The notes under the pieces were generated by a model. That model was given only the letters and a program-made list of their open reading frames with translations, had not been told where the DNA came from and did no database searches. A DNA stretch of 48,834 nt from a virus: the IMG/VR virus record IMGVR_UViG_3300005976_000005, positions 100,448-149,281 of that record. One strand, written 5' to 3'. Made by a program: the position numbers and the translations under genes. Shown piece by piece: positions 17,472 to 27,847 of the stretch. Numbering within the stretch: position 1 is the first letter of the stretch; every line of letters begins with the position of its first letter.

Positions 17472-20400
17472 TTATTCTCCTCTATCGTAGTCCTTTCTAC
17501 TATATCCAAACAACCCTGTTTCATAATTAGGATATGTGTAGTAGTTTCGACCCGGATTTGGTGGCGCTGTTATTCCATCGAAAGGCTTTAGATACTTCTT
17601 GTTACTATTTATAAAGTCAATATCTTTGTTATAAAGAGCATTGCTCGGTGTAAACGGATAATCAGTTGGTGGTATCCATCCAAACTGGTTCTCGTCGTTG
17701 GTTTCAACGGTAAAGTTTCCACTAATAGTAGAGTAAGAGTTGCTGAATGTGCTGTTCATCAAAATCAACCCACAAGCACTAAATTGTTCTGATGTCTCTT
17801 TTGTTAGATTAGTTATCACAGAGTCTATTATACTTACATCATAATCTGACTGGTCAAAAGCAGAGTATGTTGCTGAATTGAAATAGTCTGACCATCCATC
17901 ACCACTCAAATAAATCGTAGAACCTATGATATTAGAACCGGCACTAGCTACAATATAACCAGCAGAATCTACTCCAATAGTAGTTGAGCTTATTCCACTT
18001 GTCCATGTTTCAGGAAATCCATATTCTGCCTGCCAATACAGAGGTCCTGTTCCCCAAGCATTTTCTCCACTATCACCTGTTATATATGAGCAACCAGAAT
18101 ATTCAGCAGAACCAGCAAAGTAATATACACCAGTTGTTTCACCGACGGCGCTAACTGTTTCATTAAAATCGTGTTTGTAGGATGCTGAAATTACATTGCT
18201 ACCACTTTCTCTTTCTATCTTAAACCATATATAATATCCAGGTACCTCATTAAATTGGGAAACAACTTCCGAATTATATTCTATTCGATCACCACCCTGA
18301 GTATTAAAGTCAAAAATTTCTGTGCCGTCTTGCTCATTCAATACAAGATGAACCGATTTGTTTCCACCAGACTCTCCAATGAATATCTGAGTCTCTATTA
18401 TAAATCCACCACTGAAGCACGTAGACGAAGTATTGTAATTAATTTCGTCAGTACCGTATCTAACACATCCAGAAAAAGTAGATGTGTCCACAGCACTAAA
18501 ACTTCCAGCAGAAACACCACTACTCCAGAAAGGATTTACATTACCACAACCCAAATCTTCGTAATTATAATCTTCAAAAATGTAAGTATCGTAATCTACC
18601 CAAGATGGTTTGTCAGAGCTTGTTCCTGTTACAATAACAGACTCCGTTGTTCCTGACAACATGTAATTCATCGGGTCTATCTGTATTCTACTATATTCAC
18701 CCTGATACACTACAAACATATTATAAGTTCTACTAAGAATAATTTTACCACCAAAACCAGGAGAACTATATCTTTTATTGTATATGATACCGTTTCTCAA
18801 TGTACATCCACCAGCAGAAAGAACTGAGTTTTCGTCAAAAACGGAAAAGTCTTCAACGATCCAAACCCAAGGTCCGTAAGCAGAAACATCCCAGTCTCTT
18901 ATTGTAAAGTTCTTTCTTCTATCTACTGACAAAACATTCCTATTAGAAGTAGAGCCATAGTCAAGGTTTCTTGATCCTCTTAATCTATAAGTGTCGTTGT
19001 AATCTCCACTTGTCTCGACTCTTCCTCTAAATTCTCCCCAATTGAAAGGATCAGCGGAAGTTCCAACATTACTTCCACACACATCGTATGAAGAATTTAT
19101 GTCCACAAAGTAAATAGCGGAAGTTGAAAATATACTCAATGTGGCGGTATCTGTTGAAGACACACTCGAATCATCTAAAGCATATCCTGATAGACCTATT
19201 GTAAAAGTTGCTCCACTTGTGTAATACTTTGTTTCAGTATCAGAGTCCCCGGAAGTACCATCTCCAAAATCCCATTTATATGAACCAGCAGCTAATCCTA
19301 TAGTACTTGCTAAAAATGTTAAGTTGTCAAAAAATGTAGCACTGGAATTAGTTATATCGTTACCGTTTTTGTAAATTGAAATAGTAACAATAAAATCGCC
19401 AACTAATATTTCAAAGGTATTCGTTGTAAATGTGTACCATTCATTTCTCGAAGTTATTGTAGCAAAAACATCAAATGAACCATTAGATGTAAACGAATGA
19501 GTCAGAGTATCATTGAAGTTTACAGCGGATGTGTAACCGTCATCAAAATTGTAAACCGCGGATGTCGCGCTAAATGCTGTAAACGGATCATTGCCACTCA
19601 AAACAAAATCTACACTAGAATCAATTGGTGAAGTTGCTGAGCTTGCCGAAATAGATATTCCTGATAATGATGGAAAGAAAAGAGCACCAATACCGTCTCT
19701 TGTTCCATTCCACCAAATACCATCATTATAAGAAGTATCCCCAGTAACAGAAATATCTTCAAAACCACCAGATAAATAATTGAAATCATTAGGAGTCACT
19801 GCGCTAATATCTGCGCTAAGTGCTGCTGGTTGTGAGAAATTGAATTGACAATTAGTAACAGCAGACGATCCAATTTCGTAATATTCGCCAGCTGTGAATT
19901 CTGATGAATCAGTAATACAATTATCTATTGATACTGTTGTTTCACTATATCCAAAAAATGTCGTTGGTCCTATTATAATACTGTTGACAATATTTACAGC
20001 AGAAGATGAGAAAAAAATAAAACTACCCGGAGAACCTGACTTTTTAGAAAATGTACAGTTTATGATATTAATATTAGCGCAGTTTGATATATTAATGCTA
20101 ATACCCATACCCTCATCAGCATTTTCTTTTCCAAGAAAATAGCAGTTATCATATGTAAGATTTTGAGTAAAATCATATGCTCCTTCTCCACCCAATATAT
20201 CACAAGGACTACCACTCGATTCGAACATTCCATTTTGAACCTTGAACGAATCGATTCCTGAAAGATTAAAACCAAATGTGAAGTTATCATTATAAATCTT
20301 AAATGGCTCTGTTCCCCAGTTAGTTATAGTTATTGAATTTCCTTTTACATAATACAAGTTGTCAAAATTTATATTAACATTTCTATATCCTGAAAGATAG

Positions 20401-20534
20401 TATGTTTCAGTAGACGGAACACCATTCCCACCACTAAGCACGTTGGTAAATTCATCCCAGTTTAGTGGATCAGACTCAGTACCAGCATTACCTGTATCAA
20501 CGTAATCTTCATTTATGTTTACAAAAATGGCCAT
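17472..20534 (-). CDS. Virion structural protein with beta-helix-like modules and two PKD domains
   Basis: IFVN..GNAGTESDPL, YNFDDG..HSFTSNG, YKWDFGDG, YFVD..VGTSADPF. Confidence 0.6.
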   Translation of the reverse strand: MAIFVNINEDYVDTGNAGTESDPLNWDEFTNVLSGGNGVPSTETYYLSGYRNVNINFDNLYYVKGNSITITNWGTEPFKIYNDNFTFGFNLSGIDSFKVQNGMFESSGSPCDILGGEGAYDFTQNLTYDNCYFLGKENADEGMGISINISNCANINIINCTFSKKSGSPGSFIFFSSSAVNIVNSIIIGPTTFFGYSETTVSIDNCITDSSEFTAGEYYEIGSSAVTNCQFNFSQPAALSADISAVTPNDFNYLSGGFEDISVTGDTSYNDGIWWNGTRDGIGALFFPSLSGISISASSATSPIDSSVDFVLSGNDPFTAFSATSAVYNFDDGYTSAVNFNDTLTHSFTSNGSFDVFATITSRNEWYTFTTNTFEILVGDFIVTISIYKNGNDITNSSATFFDNLTFLASTIGLAAGSYKWDFGDGTSGDSDTETKYYTSGATFTIGLSGYALDDSSVSSTDTATLSIFSTSAIYFVDINSSYDVCGSNVGTSADPFNWGEFRGRVETSGDYNDTYRLRGSRNLDYGSTSNRNVLSVDRRKNFTIRDWDVSAYGPWVWIVEDFSVFDENSVLSAGGCTLRNGIIYNKRYSSPGFGGKIILSRTYNMFVVYQGEYSRIQIDPMNYMLSGTTESVIVTGTSSDKPSWVDYDTYIFEDYNYEDLGCGNVNPFWSSGVSAGSFSAVDTSTFSGCVRYGTDEINYNTSSTCFSGGFIIETQIFIGESGGNKSVHLVLNEQDGTEIFDFNTQGGDRIEYNSEVVSQFNEVPGYYIWFKIERESGSNVISASYKHDFNETVSAVGETTGVYYFAGSAEYSGCSYITGDSGENAWGTGPLYWQAEYGFPETWTSGISSTTIGVDSAGYIVASAGSNIIGSTIYLSGDGWSDYFNSATYSAFDQSDYDVSIIDSVITNLTKETSEQFSACGLILMNSTFSNSYSTISGNFTVETNDENQFGWIPPTDYPFTPSNALYNKDIDFINSNKKYLKPFDGITAPPNPGRNYYTYPNYETGLFGYSRKDYDRGE

Positions 20535-20537
20535 TTA

Positions 20538-23270
20538 TTACCTCTTATATTGATAAGTCAAGTCTATATTCACCTTTACAATTTCGTTTCCAAGTGAATA
20601 TCCACCTTTTATTGGTACTCCTTCGGAATCAACAGCAACGTCATCTGCTATATTTCCCTGAGTATCTATCAAATTGTATCTTATTATTCTCAGGTAATCC
20701 TTTCTTATATCACTAATCAACTTCATAAAATTATCACTATCTACCCAAGAACTATACACAGATTCTGTCTTCAAATCCACATAAAGCCCCTTAGCAAATT
20801 CTTCCAAGAAGGTCCTCTCGGTTATTCCTCTGCTCCACTCAAGACTGTAAGACTGAACCTGTTTTGTGTTTTCATCTATTGTATAGCTAACATTTCTTTC
20901 ACTTGCTCCAATAGTATCACTAAATGTAGCATTAGTAACATAGTTGTTCAATCTCGTATTGATATTATCATAAAGATCATTCTTTTGAGTAGTGCTAAAT
21001 CCAGCAGTTTCAATAGATGAATGTGCTGAGAAGTTATAAAAATTTCCACCAGCAGGGTTCGTTGGATAACTTGGAGCAAATCTCACATCAGCATAAAGGA
21101 CTGATGGGAACTGCTCTATAATTTCAACAACATTAGAAATATATATTTCCTCATTGAAATCAGCATTGTTGTTGAACCACTCGTAAACAGCATCCTCTAT
21201 TTTTACTTTTTCACTTTGTCTATCATACAAGTTCTTTATGTAAACATTTCCAACCAAATCTATAGTCTGTATTATAGGACTTATGTAAATGTTTCTTATT
21301 GTTACCTGACTTCTAGCATCAAGATCGTCAACAACATCTATTATTTTACTACTAAGTTCTCTATTTGTTGTTACAAGAAATGCTGCAGCTGAGGAAATAC
21401 CAATATCAGCAGCAGCGTCATCTGACTGGCCTGTCAATCCTTCTATTGAATATATGTAAGCAGGAGTATCAGGACTATGTGCTATTGTGAATTTATTGGT
21501 GTCAGAGTTGAATGATACTGTTACACTATCATCAACCTTCTGTCCAAAGTTAGCATTTTGAACATTATTGGTTCCTCTATTATCTACAAGATTTCTAAGC
21601 TCTGACTGAAGTCTTGAAGCAATTTCATCCATCGCGTTTGAGAATACGGTCTCTTCGCTTAGATTATCAACATCAATAGTCACGTCAGTAGTTCCACTCA
21701 ATAACTTATTATTAGCAGCAACGTCTGTTGTATAATTCACGGAAAAAACCATACTATCTCCATATGTATTGGAGAAGTAAACCCCGTCTTTACTTGTATC
21801 TACCTGATCTCCTCTCAACTTCCATACAAACGTTGATGTTTGGTAGTTCTTCAATTGTTGAACAAGATTGCTACTATCCTCCGATCCCTTAATGTAAACA
21901 TTGAAGTAGTTTCTTTGGTTCAATTCATCATCATCGTAGTTGAAATCAAGAACTGATGTGTCCAGTCCCGTTGACTTATCCTTTACATAATATGGAGAAA
22001 CTTCTGTCTGATAAAGAGGTCCAACTACACTAAAGAAAACAATGTTGAACATTCTTAGAAGTGCGTCGGTTCCTCTCTCATTCAATTCCTCCTGCTCTCC
22101 CCACGCTATTGCGTTCTTGATATCTATTGGACTTGTTAACGATTTCAAGTAGCTTACATAGTCTCTTCTGGAAACAAGTCTATCAAGAGAGTAATAAATG
22201 TTTGGGGCATTGACACGAATGGAATCAATACTCTCCATATCTGCTCCACCAGTAATATTACTTTCAAAGTAGAATTCTATTCTGTCAGTGACATCATTTC
22301 CATTGCTATCAAAAACTCTTCCAGAAAATTGTATTTTCTTATCCTTGGCACCAACCTGGTTGGCTTTTGATCCCTTGGTAGCAAGATATTGGATGTAAAC
22401 ATTGTCATTAGAAGTGCCAGCACCCTGACCATATGTTGATGCTCCAACTTGAGCAAATCTTCCATCACCGAAAAGTACTTCAACACCTTCAGTAATAGCA
22501 GTTCTTACAACACATACCTTAGTAACCTCACCGGCATTGGCAGCGTCTATTACTTCCCAGTCTATAAGAGACCTTCTGTTTATATTATATTCAGTTTCAT
22601 CACTCTTTACATTTCCAACCCAAACCTTTGTTGTTGGAAAATCATAGTCTTCCTCACCATATCTATTACTGAATTCGGAATCATCTATTCTGTATAATTG
22701 AAAAGTTGAACCAATCTGTGGGTTTGTGTTTCCTTCAATAACCTTTTCCTTTATTTCACCTTGAACAACTTCAATGCTATTGTTCTGATAGTCCTTTAGT
22801 ATGAAGTTTGTTTCTGCGTTCTGAGATGTAAGTATAGTGCTATAATCAGCATAGTTCAATGTCAATGTTCTCTTCAAGACAAATTTCAATCCATTGTAAG
22901 AGAATACTGATTGAACAGGAATTTGTATAGTTGATTGATTGTTCAATCCAAGTCCAGTCCAATCACCTTTCAACTTTATCTTGATTTTAGCTTCTGCTGG
23001 AATAGGTCTTTGTGTCACATATCCTAAACCTCTAGCCAAGAGAATAACAGAACTACGAAGTCTTGCGGTGTCAAAGAATGACTCTTCTGCGCGGCGTTCT
23101 AACATATAGGTAACTAAATCTGCTGTTCCGGCAAATATCTCTGCCATTGTTTGTGCTATTGCCGATTCTCTAAAGTTTGCGAATCGCTCATCAGAGTTAA
23201 ACTTATCGTTTATCTGATTAAGAATTTCGTCATATGTAAGTCCAGAATATTTCAAAAAATTGTTGGCCAT
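20538..23270 (-). CDS. Baseplate wedge subunit (T4 gp6-like)
   Basis: ESFFDTARLRSSVILLARGLGY, VLFGDG, GGADMESIDSIRVNAP..RLVSRRDY. Confidence 0.9.
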   Translation of the reverse strand: MANNFLKYSGLTYDEILNQINDKFNSDERFANFRESAIAQTMAEIFAGTADLVTYMLERRAEESFFDTARLRSSVILLARGLGYVTQRPIPAEAKIKIKLKGDWTGLGLNNQSTIQIPVQSVFSYNGLKFVLKRTLTLNYADYSTILTSQNAETNFILKDYQNNSIEVVQGEIKEKVIEGNTNPQIGSTFQLYRIDDSEFSNRYGEEDYDFPTTKVWVGNVKSDETEYNINRRSLIDWEVIDAANAGEVTKVCVVRTAITEGVEVLFGDGRFAQVGASTYGQGAGTSNDNVYIQYLATKGSKANQVGAKDKKIQFSGRVFDSNGNDVTDRIEFYFESNITGGADMESIDSIRVNAPNIYYSLDRLVSRRDYVSYLKSLTSPIDIKNAIAWGEQEELNERGTDALLRMFNIVFFSVVGPLYQTEVSPYYVKDKSTGLDTSVLDFNYDDDELNQRNYFNVYIKGSEDSSNLVQQLKNYQTSTFVWKLRGDQVDTSKDGVYFSNTYGDSMVFSVNYTTDVAANNKLLSGTTDVTIDVDNLSEETVFSNAMDEIASRLQSELRNLVDNRGTNNVQNANFGQKVDDSVTVSFNSDTNKFTIAHSPDTPAYIYSIEGLTGQSDDAAADIGISSAAAFLVTTNRELSSKIIDVVDDLDARSQVTIRNIYISPIIQTIDLVGNVYIKNLYDRQSEKVKIEDAVYEWFNNNADFNEEIYISNVVEIIEQFPSVLYADVRFAPSYPTNPAGGNFYNFSAHSSIETAGFSTTQKNDLYDNINTRLNNYVTNATFSDTIGASERNVSYTIDENTKQVQSYSLEWSRGITERTFLEEFAKGLYVDLKTESVYSSWVDSDNFMKLISDIRKDYLRIIRYNLIDTQGNIADDVAVDSEGVPIKGGYSLGNEIVKVNIDLTYQYKR

Positions 23271-23282
23271 TCAAACACCCCT

Positions 23283-23678
23283 TTATGCGTTACTAAATAT
23301 CTTCTTTTTGAAGGTACTTTGTATATTAGTTCTTCTTATGATGTAAGGAATTATCAAAATTACAAAATTCCTATCAACATCAGCGATGACTCTCATTTCA
23401 CTTTCAAGAACCGTAATTCTATCTTCCCATATTCTCAGTACCTCAGCAATCTCATCCAGAATAGATTCTGCTTCTTCCTGTGAAAAAAGATTGAATATTC
23501 TATACTGTAGTCCATATCCAAAAGAAGGATTGAACAATCTTTCACCAGGAAGTGTTCCAAGTATTAATTCAATACTTTGGTTTATAACATCAACATCCCA
23601 GATTTCACCAACGTCAATAGGGTTCTTGTCAATGTCGTATGCCCATCTTTCTGATATGTTTCTTATTGTCTTAGCCAT
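23283..23678 (-). CDS. Baseplate wedge / sheath initiator (gp25-like)
   Basis: INQSIELILGTLPGERLFNPSFG...WEDRI. Confidence 0.9.
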   Translation of the reverse strand: MAKTIRNISERWAYDIDKNPIDVGEIWDVDVINQSIELILGTLPGERLFNPSFGYGLQYRIFNLFSQEEAESILDEIAEVLRIWEDRITVLESEMRVIADVDRNFVILIIPYIIRRTNIQSTFKKKIFSNA

Positions 23679-23702
23679 AATATCGTTCCTTATCTGTATT
23701 TA

Positions 23703-25583
23703 TTATAAATCAAATACACCTTGGTTGTTTTTTAGTCTTTCCAAAACATTCGACGGGTCTATACTGTTTACTTCTGCAGTTATCGATGTTTTAATACCAT
23801 TTGCATAGACTGAAAATGCGTTCTCAATAGATGAAGTTATTTGATTTTGAATTCCATAATCCGGGTCAGTGATATTGACATCTAACTGTGGTAAAGGTGT
23901 CGATTCTTTTAATAGATTATAAGATGCTTCGTTAGCGGCGAAAGCAGCCGCAGTCGATGGATTGTTTGCGTTTGTTTCATTTGATACTTTTATTGTTGCC
24001 AACAAAGAACTTGCGGCCGTAAGAGCCGCACTATTTGATGTCTTTTTTGACTCAGCAACAATCTTAACAGCATTCTGAACCAATAAAACCAAAGCCGATA
24101 TACTCTCATAAGAACTTTCAACATCATCATATGAAAATACACTTTCGTCATTTGGAAAATATATTGGTTGAATAGCACCATTGACTAATTTACTTGAAGC
24201 AATTTCAATAATAGACTGAATTCCAACAATTCCCAAATTATCAGCCAAACCATCAACAGAATTTACCATGTTTGTTATAGATGTATTTATATTAGGAATG
24301 GTATTTATGTATATTGGTAAAATTTCTTCTAGGTAAATAGAATACCCATAAGGTTGAATTGCTGTTAATGAAGTTCCCCAAACAACTATTCTTTGAGTCC
24401 TTGTCATTAGCTTAGTAGCATTCTCTATTGCTATTCCTATATTTGAAATTAAGTAATCAGCAACAGGATTAATCAAGCTTTCAAGAGTTCTCATAAGTTC
24501 AACAACATAATTAACTATCTCTAATTCTGATAGGTTAGAATCATTTGTTAACTTCATATATATAAAGTTAGATTCTTCATTGATAGACTGTTTTACTTCA
24601 GTTATTAAATTATCCAAAATATTTGTTGTGGAACCTTCAATTTTACCAATGGGAACATTAACATCTATAGTTGTTTCAGAACCTTTTGACAAATCACTAT
24701 AAGTTATACTTGGGAAACCTGGATTAACTTTTACTGAATATGGTTGCTTCATATCTGGTATTCCTAAAACACCAGGAACAACTATCATATCCAAGTTAAC
24801 ATAATAATCTGTTCCGAACGAAGCAACCCCTTCCGTATATCCCAAAGCGGGTGGTAATAGTGGAACAGGCGATGCCAACATAGTACCTGCGTAAACAGCA
24901 CCAACACCAACATCCGCTTGGCTGGAGTAAACTTCATTTAAATTAATGAAGTCAACTATAGCAGAACCCAATACGTCCCAAAATATCTTTTGGTTAATAT
25001 TTCCCTGGTTTATTAGGTTGTCAAACTTATTAAGAACTTTATCAATAGTATTATCAATTTCATCATACGCAGAACCAAACCCAAATACTAAATCAATATC
25101 AAAATAAAACTTGTCGTCGAGATAATGGCTTTTTGCGGTCATAAAAGGAACACTTAACCAAAGAAGAATAGTTCTTAAAAATTTCTCCATTCCTTCTTTT
25201 CTATCAGTAACGTATCCAGTTTCTGTTGGTCTAAGAATCATTGGCATCATATAAAGTGGAAAAAAATCCAAGTCTTTAGGATCAATCAAACCAACGGTTG
25301 GTGCGTTCTGTAAAGACCATCCTATTTCAACACCTTGAGCATAGCCGTTCTGATTCAAATTAATATAGCAGTAATTATTGATGTATTCTTGTATACCATA
25401 CACAACCGAGAAATGAGAGACAATACCATTTACTCTAGCAGATACAGAAGAATTATCAGAAGCAGAAAAAACGTTATAAACATCTGAATCCGGTGTGTCA
25501 TACTTTCTAAAATATTCTTCTACTCTATTTCTAACTATTGACGAAAGTTTTTCACCGGCTGCTGTAATAGATTGTTCAGCCAT
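23703..25583 (-). CDS. Hypothetical protein between spike and gp25
   Basis: 626-aa ORF with GGAG RBS; no recognised motif. Confidence 0.7.
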   Translation of the reverse strand: MAEQSITAAGEKLSSIVRNRVEEYFRKYDTPDSDVYNVFSASDNSSVSARVNGIVSHFSVVYGIQEYINNYCYINLNQNGYAQGVEIGWSLQNAPTVGLIDPKDLDFFPLYMMPMILRPTETGYVTDRKEGMEKFLRTILLWLSVPFMTAKSHYLDDKFYFDIDLVFGFGSAYDEIDNTIDKVLNKFDNLINQGNINQKIFWDVLGSAIVDFINLNEVYSSQADVGVGAVYAGTMLASPVPLLPPALGYTEGVASFGTDYYVNLDMIVVPGVLGIPDMKQPYSVKVNPGFPSITYSDLSKGSETTIDVNVPIGKIEGSTTNILDNLITEVKQSINEESNFIYMKLTNDSNLSELEIVNYVVELMRTLESLINPVADYLISNIGIAIENATKLMTRTQRIVVWGTSLTAIQPYGYSIYLEEILPIYINTIPNINTSITNMVNSVDGLADNLGIVGIQSIIEIASSKLVNGAIQPIYFPNDESVFSYDDVESSYESISALVLLVQNAVKIVAESKKTSNSAALTAASSLLATIKVSNETNANNPSTAAAFAANEASYNLLKESTPLPQLDVNITDPDYGIQNQITSSIENAFSVYANGIKTSITAEVNSIDPSNVLERLKNNQGVFDL

Positions 25584-25594
25584 TCAAAAACTCC

Positions 25595-26278
25595 TTATGG
25601 GACTGCCGGACCTGTTGGTGCTACATTTCCAGAATGAGGTGCTCCAGTGAACAAACACGCCGGCAAAGCACAAAGAGGTCCACCAGGCGGTGGTATTGGA
25701 CTTGCTACAGTTCCCTGAACTTTTATAGAACCTGGAGAATGATTCAATTTCAAATCTCCGATACTAAAAATTTCTGTAGAACCATCGGCATTTATCAAAA
25801 CCTTTGTACCTGAATTATGATGAAAAGTGGTTTCCTTACTCTTTCTATTTATTGTAAAGTAATCACCTTCATCAGTCTCAAACATTACCATGTTATCAGG
25901 ATAGTCAACATCCTTTTGTGTTGGTTGACTATTTATGTTTACTGCTTTAGTTGTATAATGTGGCAAGTAGATATCTCCTCTATCGAAGTAAACCTTCACA
26001 AGAGCACCATTAGGAGGAACCACAAATGAACCGAGAGTACTTCCAATAAACCCAAAGTCTGGTAGTGCCCATGGTAAATCATTATCTGGTACCTCTTCTC
26101 CAAAGACACCATATACTCTTATCTGACATTTGCCTTGTTTGTCTGGGTCGTTGTTGTTTACGACAATTCCAGTATGAAGGTCAACATCGGCATCAATAGA
26201 ATCGAAATCCTTATCAATGAAATCATTCATTGTCTCTATTGGACTTTTACCAACCTGTCTTCTTACTTCATTTCTCAT
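25595..26278 (-). CDS. Baseplate central spike (gp5/gpV OB-fold), no lysozyme domain
   Basis: GIVVNNNDPDKQGKCQIRVYG..LPWALP..VPPNGALVKVYF; HHNSGTKVLINADG beta repeats. Confidence 0.88.
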   Translation of the reverse strand: MRNEVRRQVGKSPIETMNDFIDKDFDSIDADVDLHTGIVVNNNDPDKQGKCQIRVYGVFGEEVPDNDLPWALPDFGFIGSTLGSFVVPPNGALVKVYFDRGDIYLPHYTTKAVNINSQPTQKDVDYPDNMVMFETDEGDYFTINRKSKETTFHHNSGTKVLINADGSTEIFSIGDLKLNHSPGSIKVQGTVASPIPPPGGPLCALPACLFTGAPHSGNVAPTGPAVP

Positions 26279-27492
26279 TATGACTCTACCTCATAAAAAT
26301 CTACTTCTGGTGACTTATTCATTCCATTTCTACTTATAGCTACCTTTTTTCTATATGTACTTCCGTTTGAAATCTCATGTTGGACTCCAGCTACTAAATA
26401 GAATCCAGACATAACCTCGTTTGATTGCTCAAAAGATATCAAAGAAGGAATGTCCACATCTATAGTATCCATAAGATTTACCTGACTAAGAGCATTTACA
26501 TTCAACACAACAGAATTAGCAAAAAAGTTCTGCTTCAGAAACTTGTTTCTTGCGAGAGACTCAAAGTACTCAACTCCATAAATGTTTCTTTCTATAAAGT
26601 CTCCACCACCACAATCTGAGCATCTTACAGGTTCTCCAGCAAGACTACTGTTTCTGAATGAAAGGTCTGTTAGACTTCTGTTTATATTTGAATATATTCT
26701 ATAAACACTGTTATTCTCTAAATCATAGTATCCGTGAGTTACTCCATACGTCATTTTTTTGTTGAAGTAACCAGAGTAGTTTACTATATTGTATGAGTTG
26801 AACCATATCGTATCGTCTGGATCATCTTCATCAACATCATTTCTTTCGTAATTCTCTACACTGAATTTGGCTCTACCAATTTCTTTTTTGGAAATTTCTG
26901 AGTTGAGAGATGTCAATATAAAATTGTTTTGACTATTTGCGTAGAAAAACATTACATCGTCTGGTAGATAAGCCCTCTTCAGAACGTGTTTTATGAAATC
27001 AAGATTACTCAAGGATGCTTGATACCAAATCATATTATCCGAAGGAATTATGTTGTGAGGGTTTCTAAATGTCAGTCCCGCTTCAGAAGCAATGGTTGAC
27101 AGCACTGAAGAAGAATTCTGTCTTGAGAAGCTCCTAGTCTTCAATACAAACATATCATCTACTTTCAAATGTCCTGTTATCGTAATAATACTTCTTCTAT
27201 TATCACCAACTATTCCAACATTATAGTCATCCAAGGAGAAAGTCATCTCAAGAGGATTTTCGTCGTCTTCATGTTTACCAAGCAAAATCTCAATATCCTC
27301 TTGATCCTGCATAGGGATAACTTCTGTCAAGTAACCTTCATCAACAATTTGAATTTCTATTGTTGGAAGAATATTAAAAATCCATTCTCTTATAACCAAG
27401 TACTGAATATTGTTTGGATTATATCTCTCATCTCCAATACTCAACTCAAGATAGAAATTTTGTCCTGGTAATTGGCCAAATTCCATAATCAA
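26278..27492 (-). CDS. Baseplate hub protein (gp27-like)
   Basis: Position before the spike, 404 aa, C-terminal SGFYLVAGVQHEI motif. Confidence 0.7.
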   Translation of the reverse strand: MIMEFGQLPGQNFYLELSIGDERYNPNNIQYLVIREWIFNILPTIEIQIVDEGYLTEVIPMQDQEDIEILLGKHEDDENPLEMTFSLDDYNVGIVGDNRRSIITITGHLKVDDMFVLKTRSFSRQNSSSVLSTIASEAGLTFRNPHNIIPSDNMIWYQASLSNLDFIKHVLKRAYLPDDVMFFYANSQNNFILTSLNSEISKKEIGRAKFSVENYERNDVDEDDPDDTIWFNSYNIVNYSGYFNKKMTYGVTHGYYDLENNSVYRIYSNINRSLTDLSFRNSSLAGEPVRCSDCGGGDFIERNIYGVEYFESLARNKFLKQNFFANSVVLNVNALSQVNLMDTIDVDIPSLISFEQSNEVMSGFYLVAGVQHEISNGSTYRKKVAISRNGMNKSPEVDFYEVES

Positions 27493-27507
27493 GATTCTCC
27501 AATCTTA

Positions 27508-27846
27508 CTATCCATTATTCTTCCTTCTTTTCCTGACAGCAGAGTACCAATCCTCAATATCTCTAATATTAGGAACTGAAATAACATCTTCAACTTCAAT
27601 GTCATTCCACCAATCTTGAACTTCTGGATTAGCTTTTGCCAATATCCACCAGTAGTTCATTTTACCATAAAGTTTCAGAGATAGTAAATCCGGTCTTCCT
27701 ATATAACTTCTACCAACTGTAAAAAATGTCATTGGTCTTTTTATCTCAAACAAGTCCCAGTTGTTGTCAAGCAAATCCTGTTCAAGAACACCATTAACTT
27801 CTACTTCTTCTGTGAAGTTACTTCTACGATATTTATTTGTTGCCAT
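27508..27846 (-). CDS. Baseplate wedge protein (gp53/LysM-like)
   Basis: GRPDLLSLKLYGKMNYWWILAKAN. Confidence 0.85.
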   Translation of the reverse strand: MATNKYRRSNFTEEVEVNGVLEQDLLDNNWDLFEIKRPMTFFTVGRSYIGRPDLLSLKLYGKMNYWWILAKANPEVQDWWNDIEVEDVISVPNIRDIEDWYSAVRKRRKNNG

Positions 27847-27847
27847 A

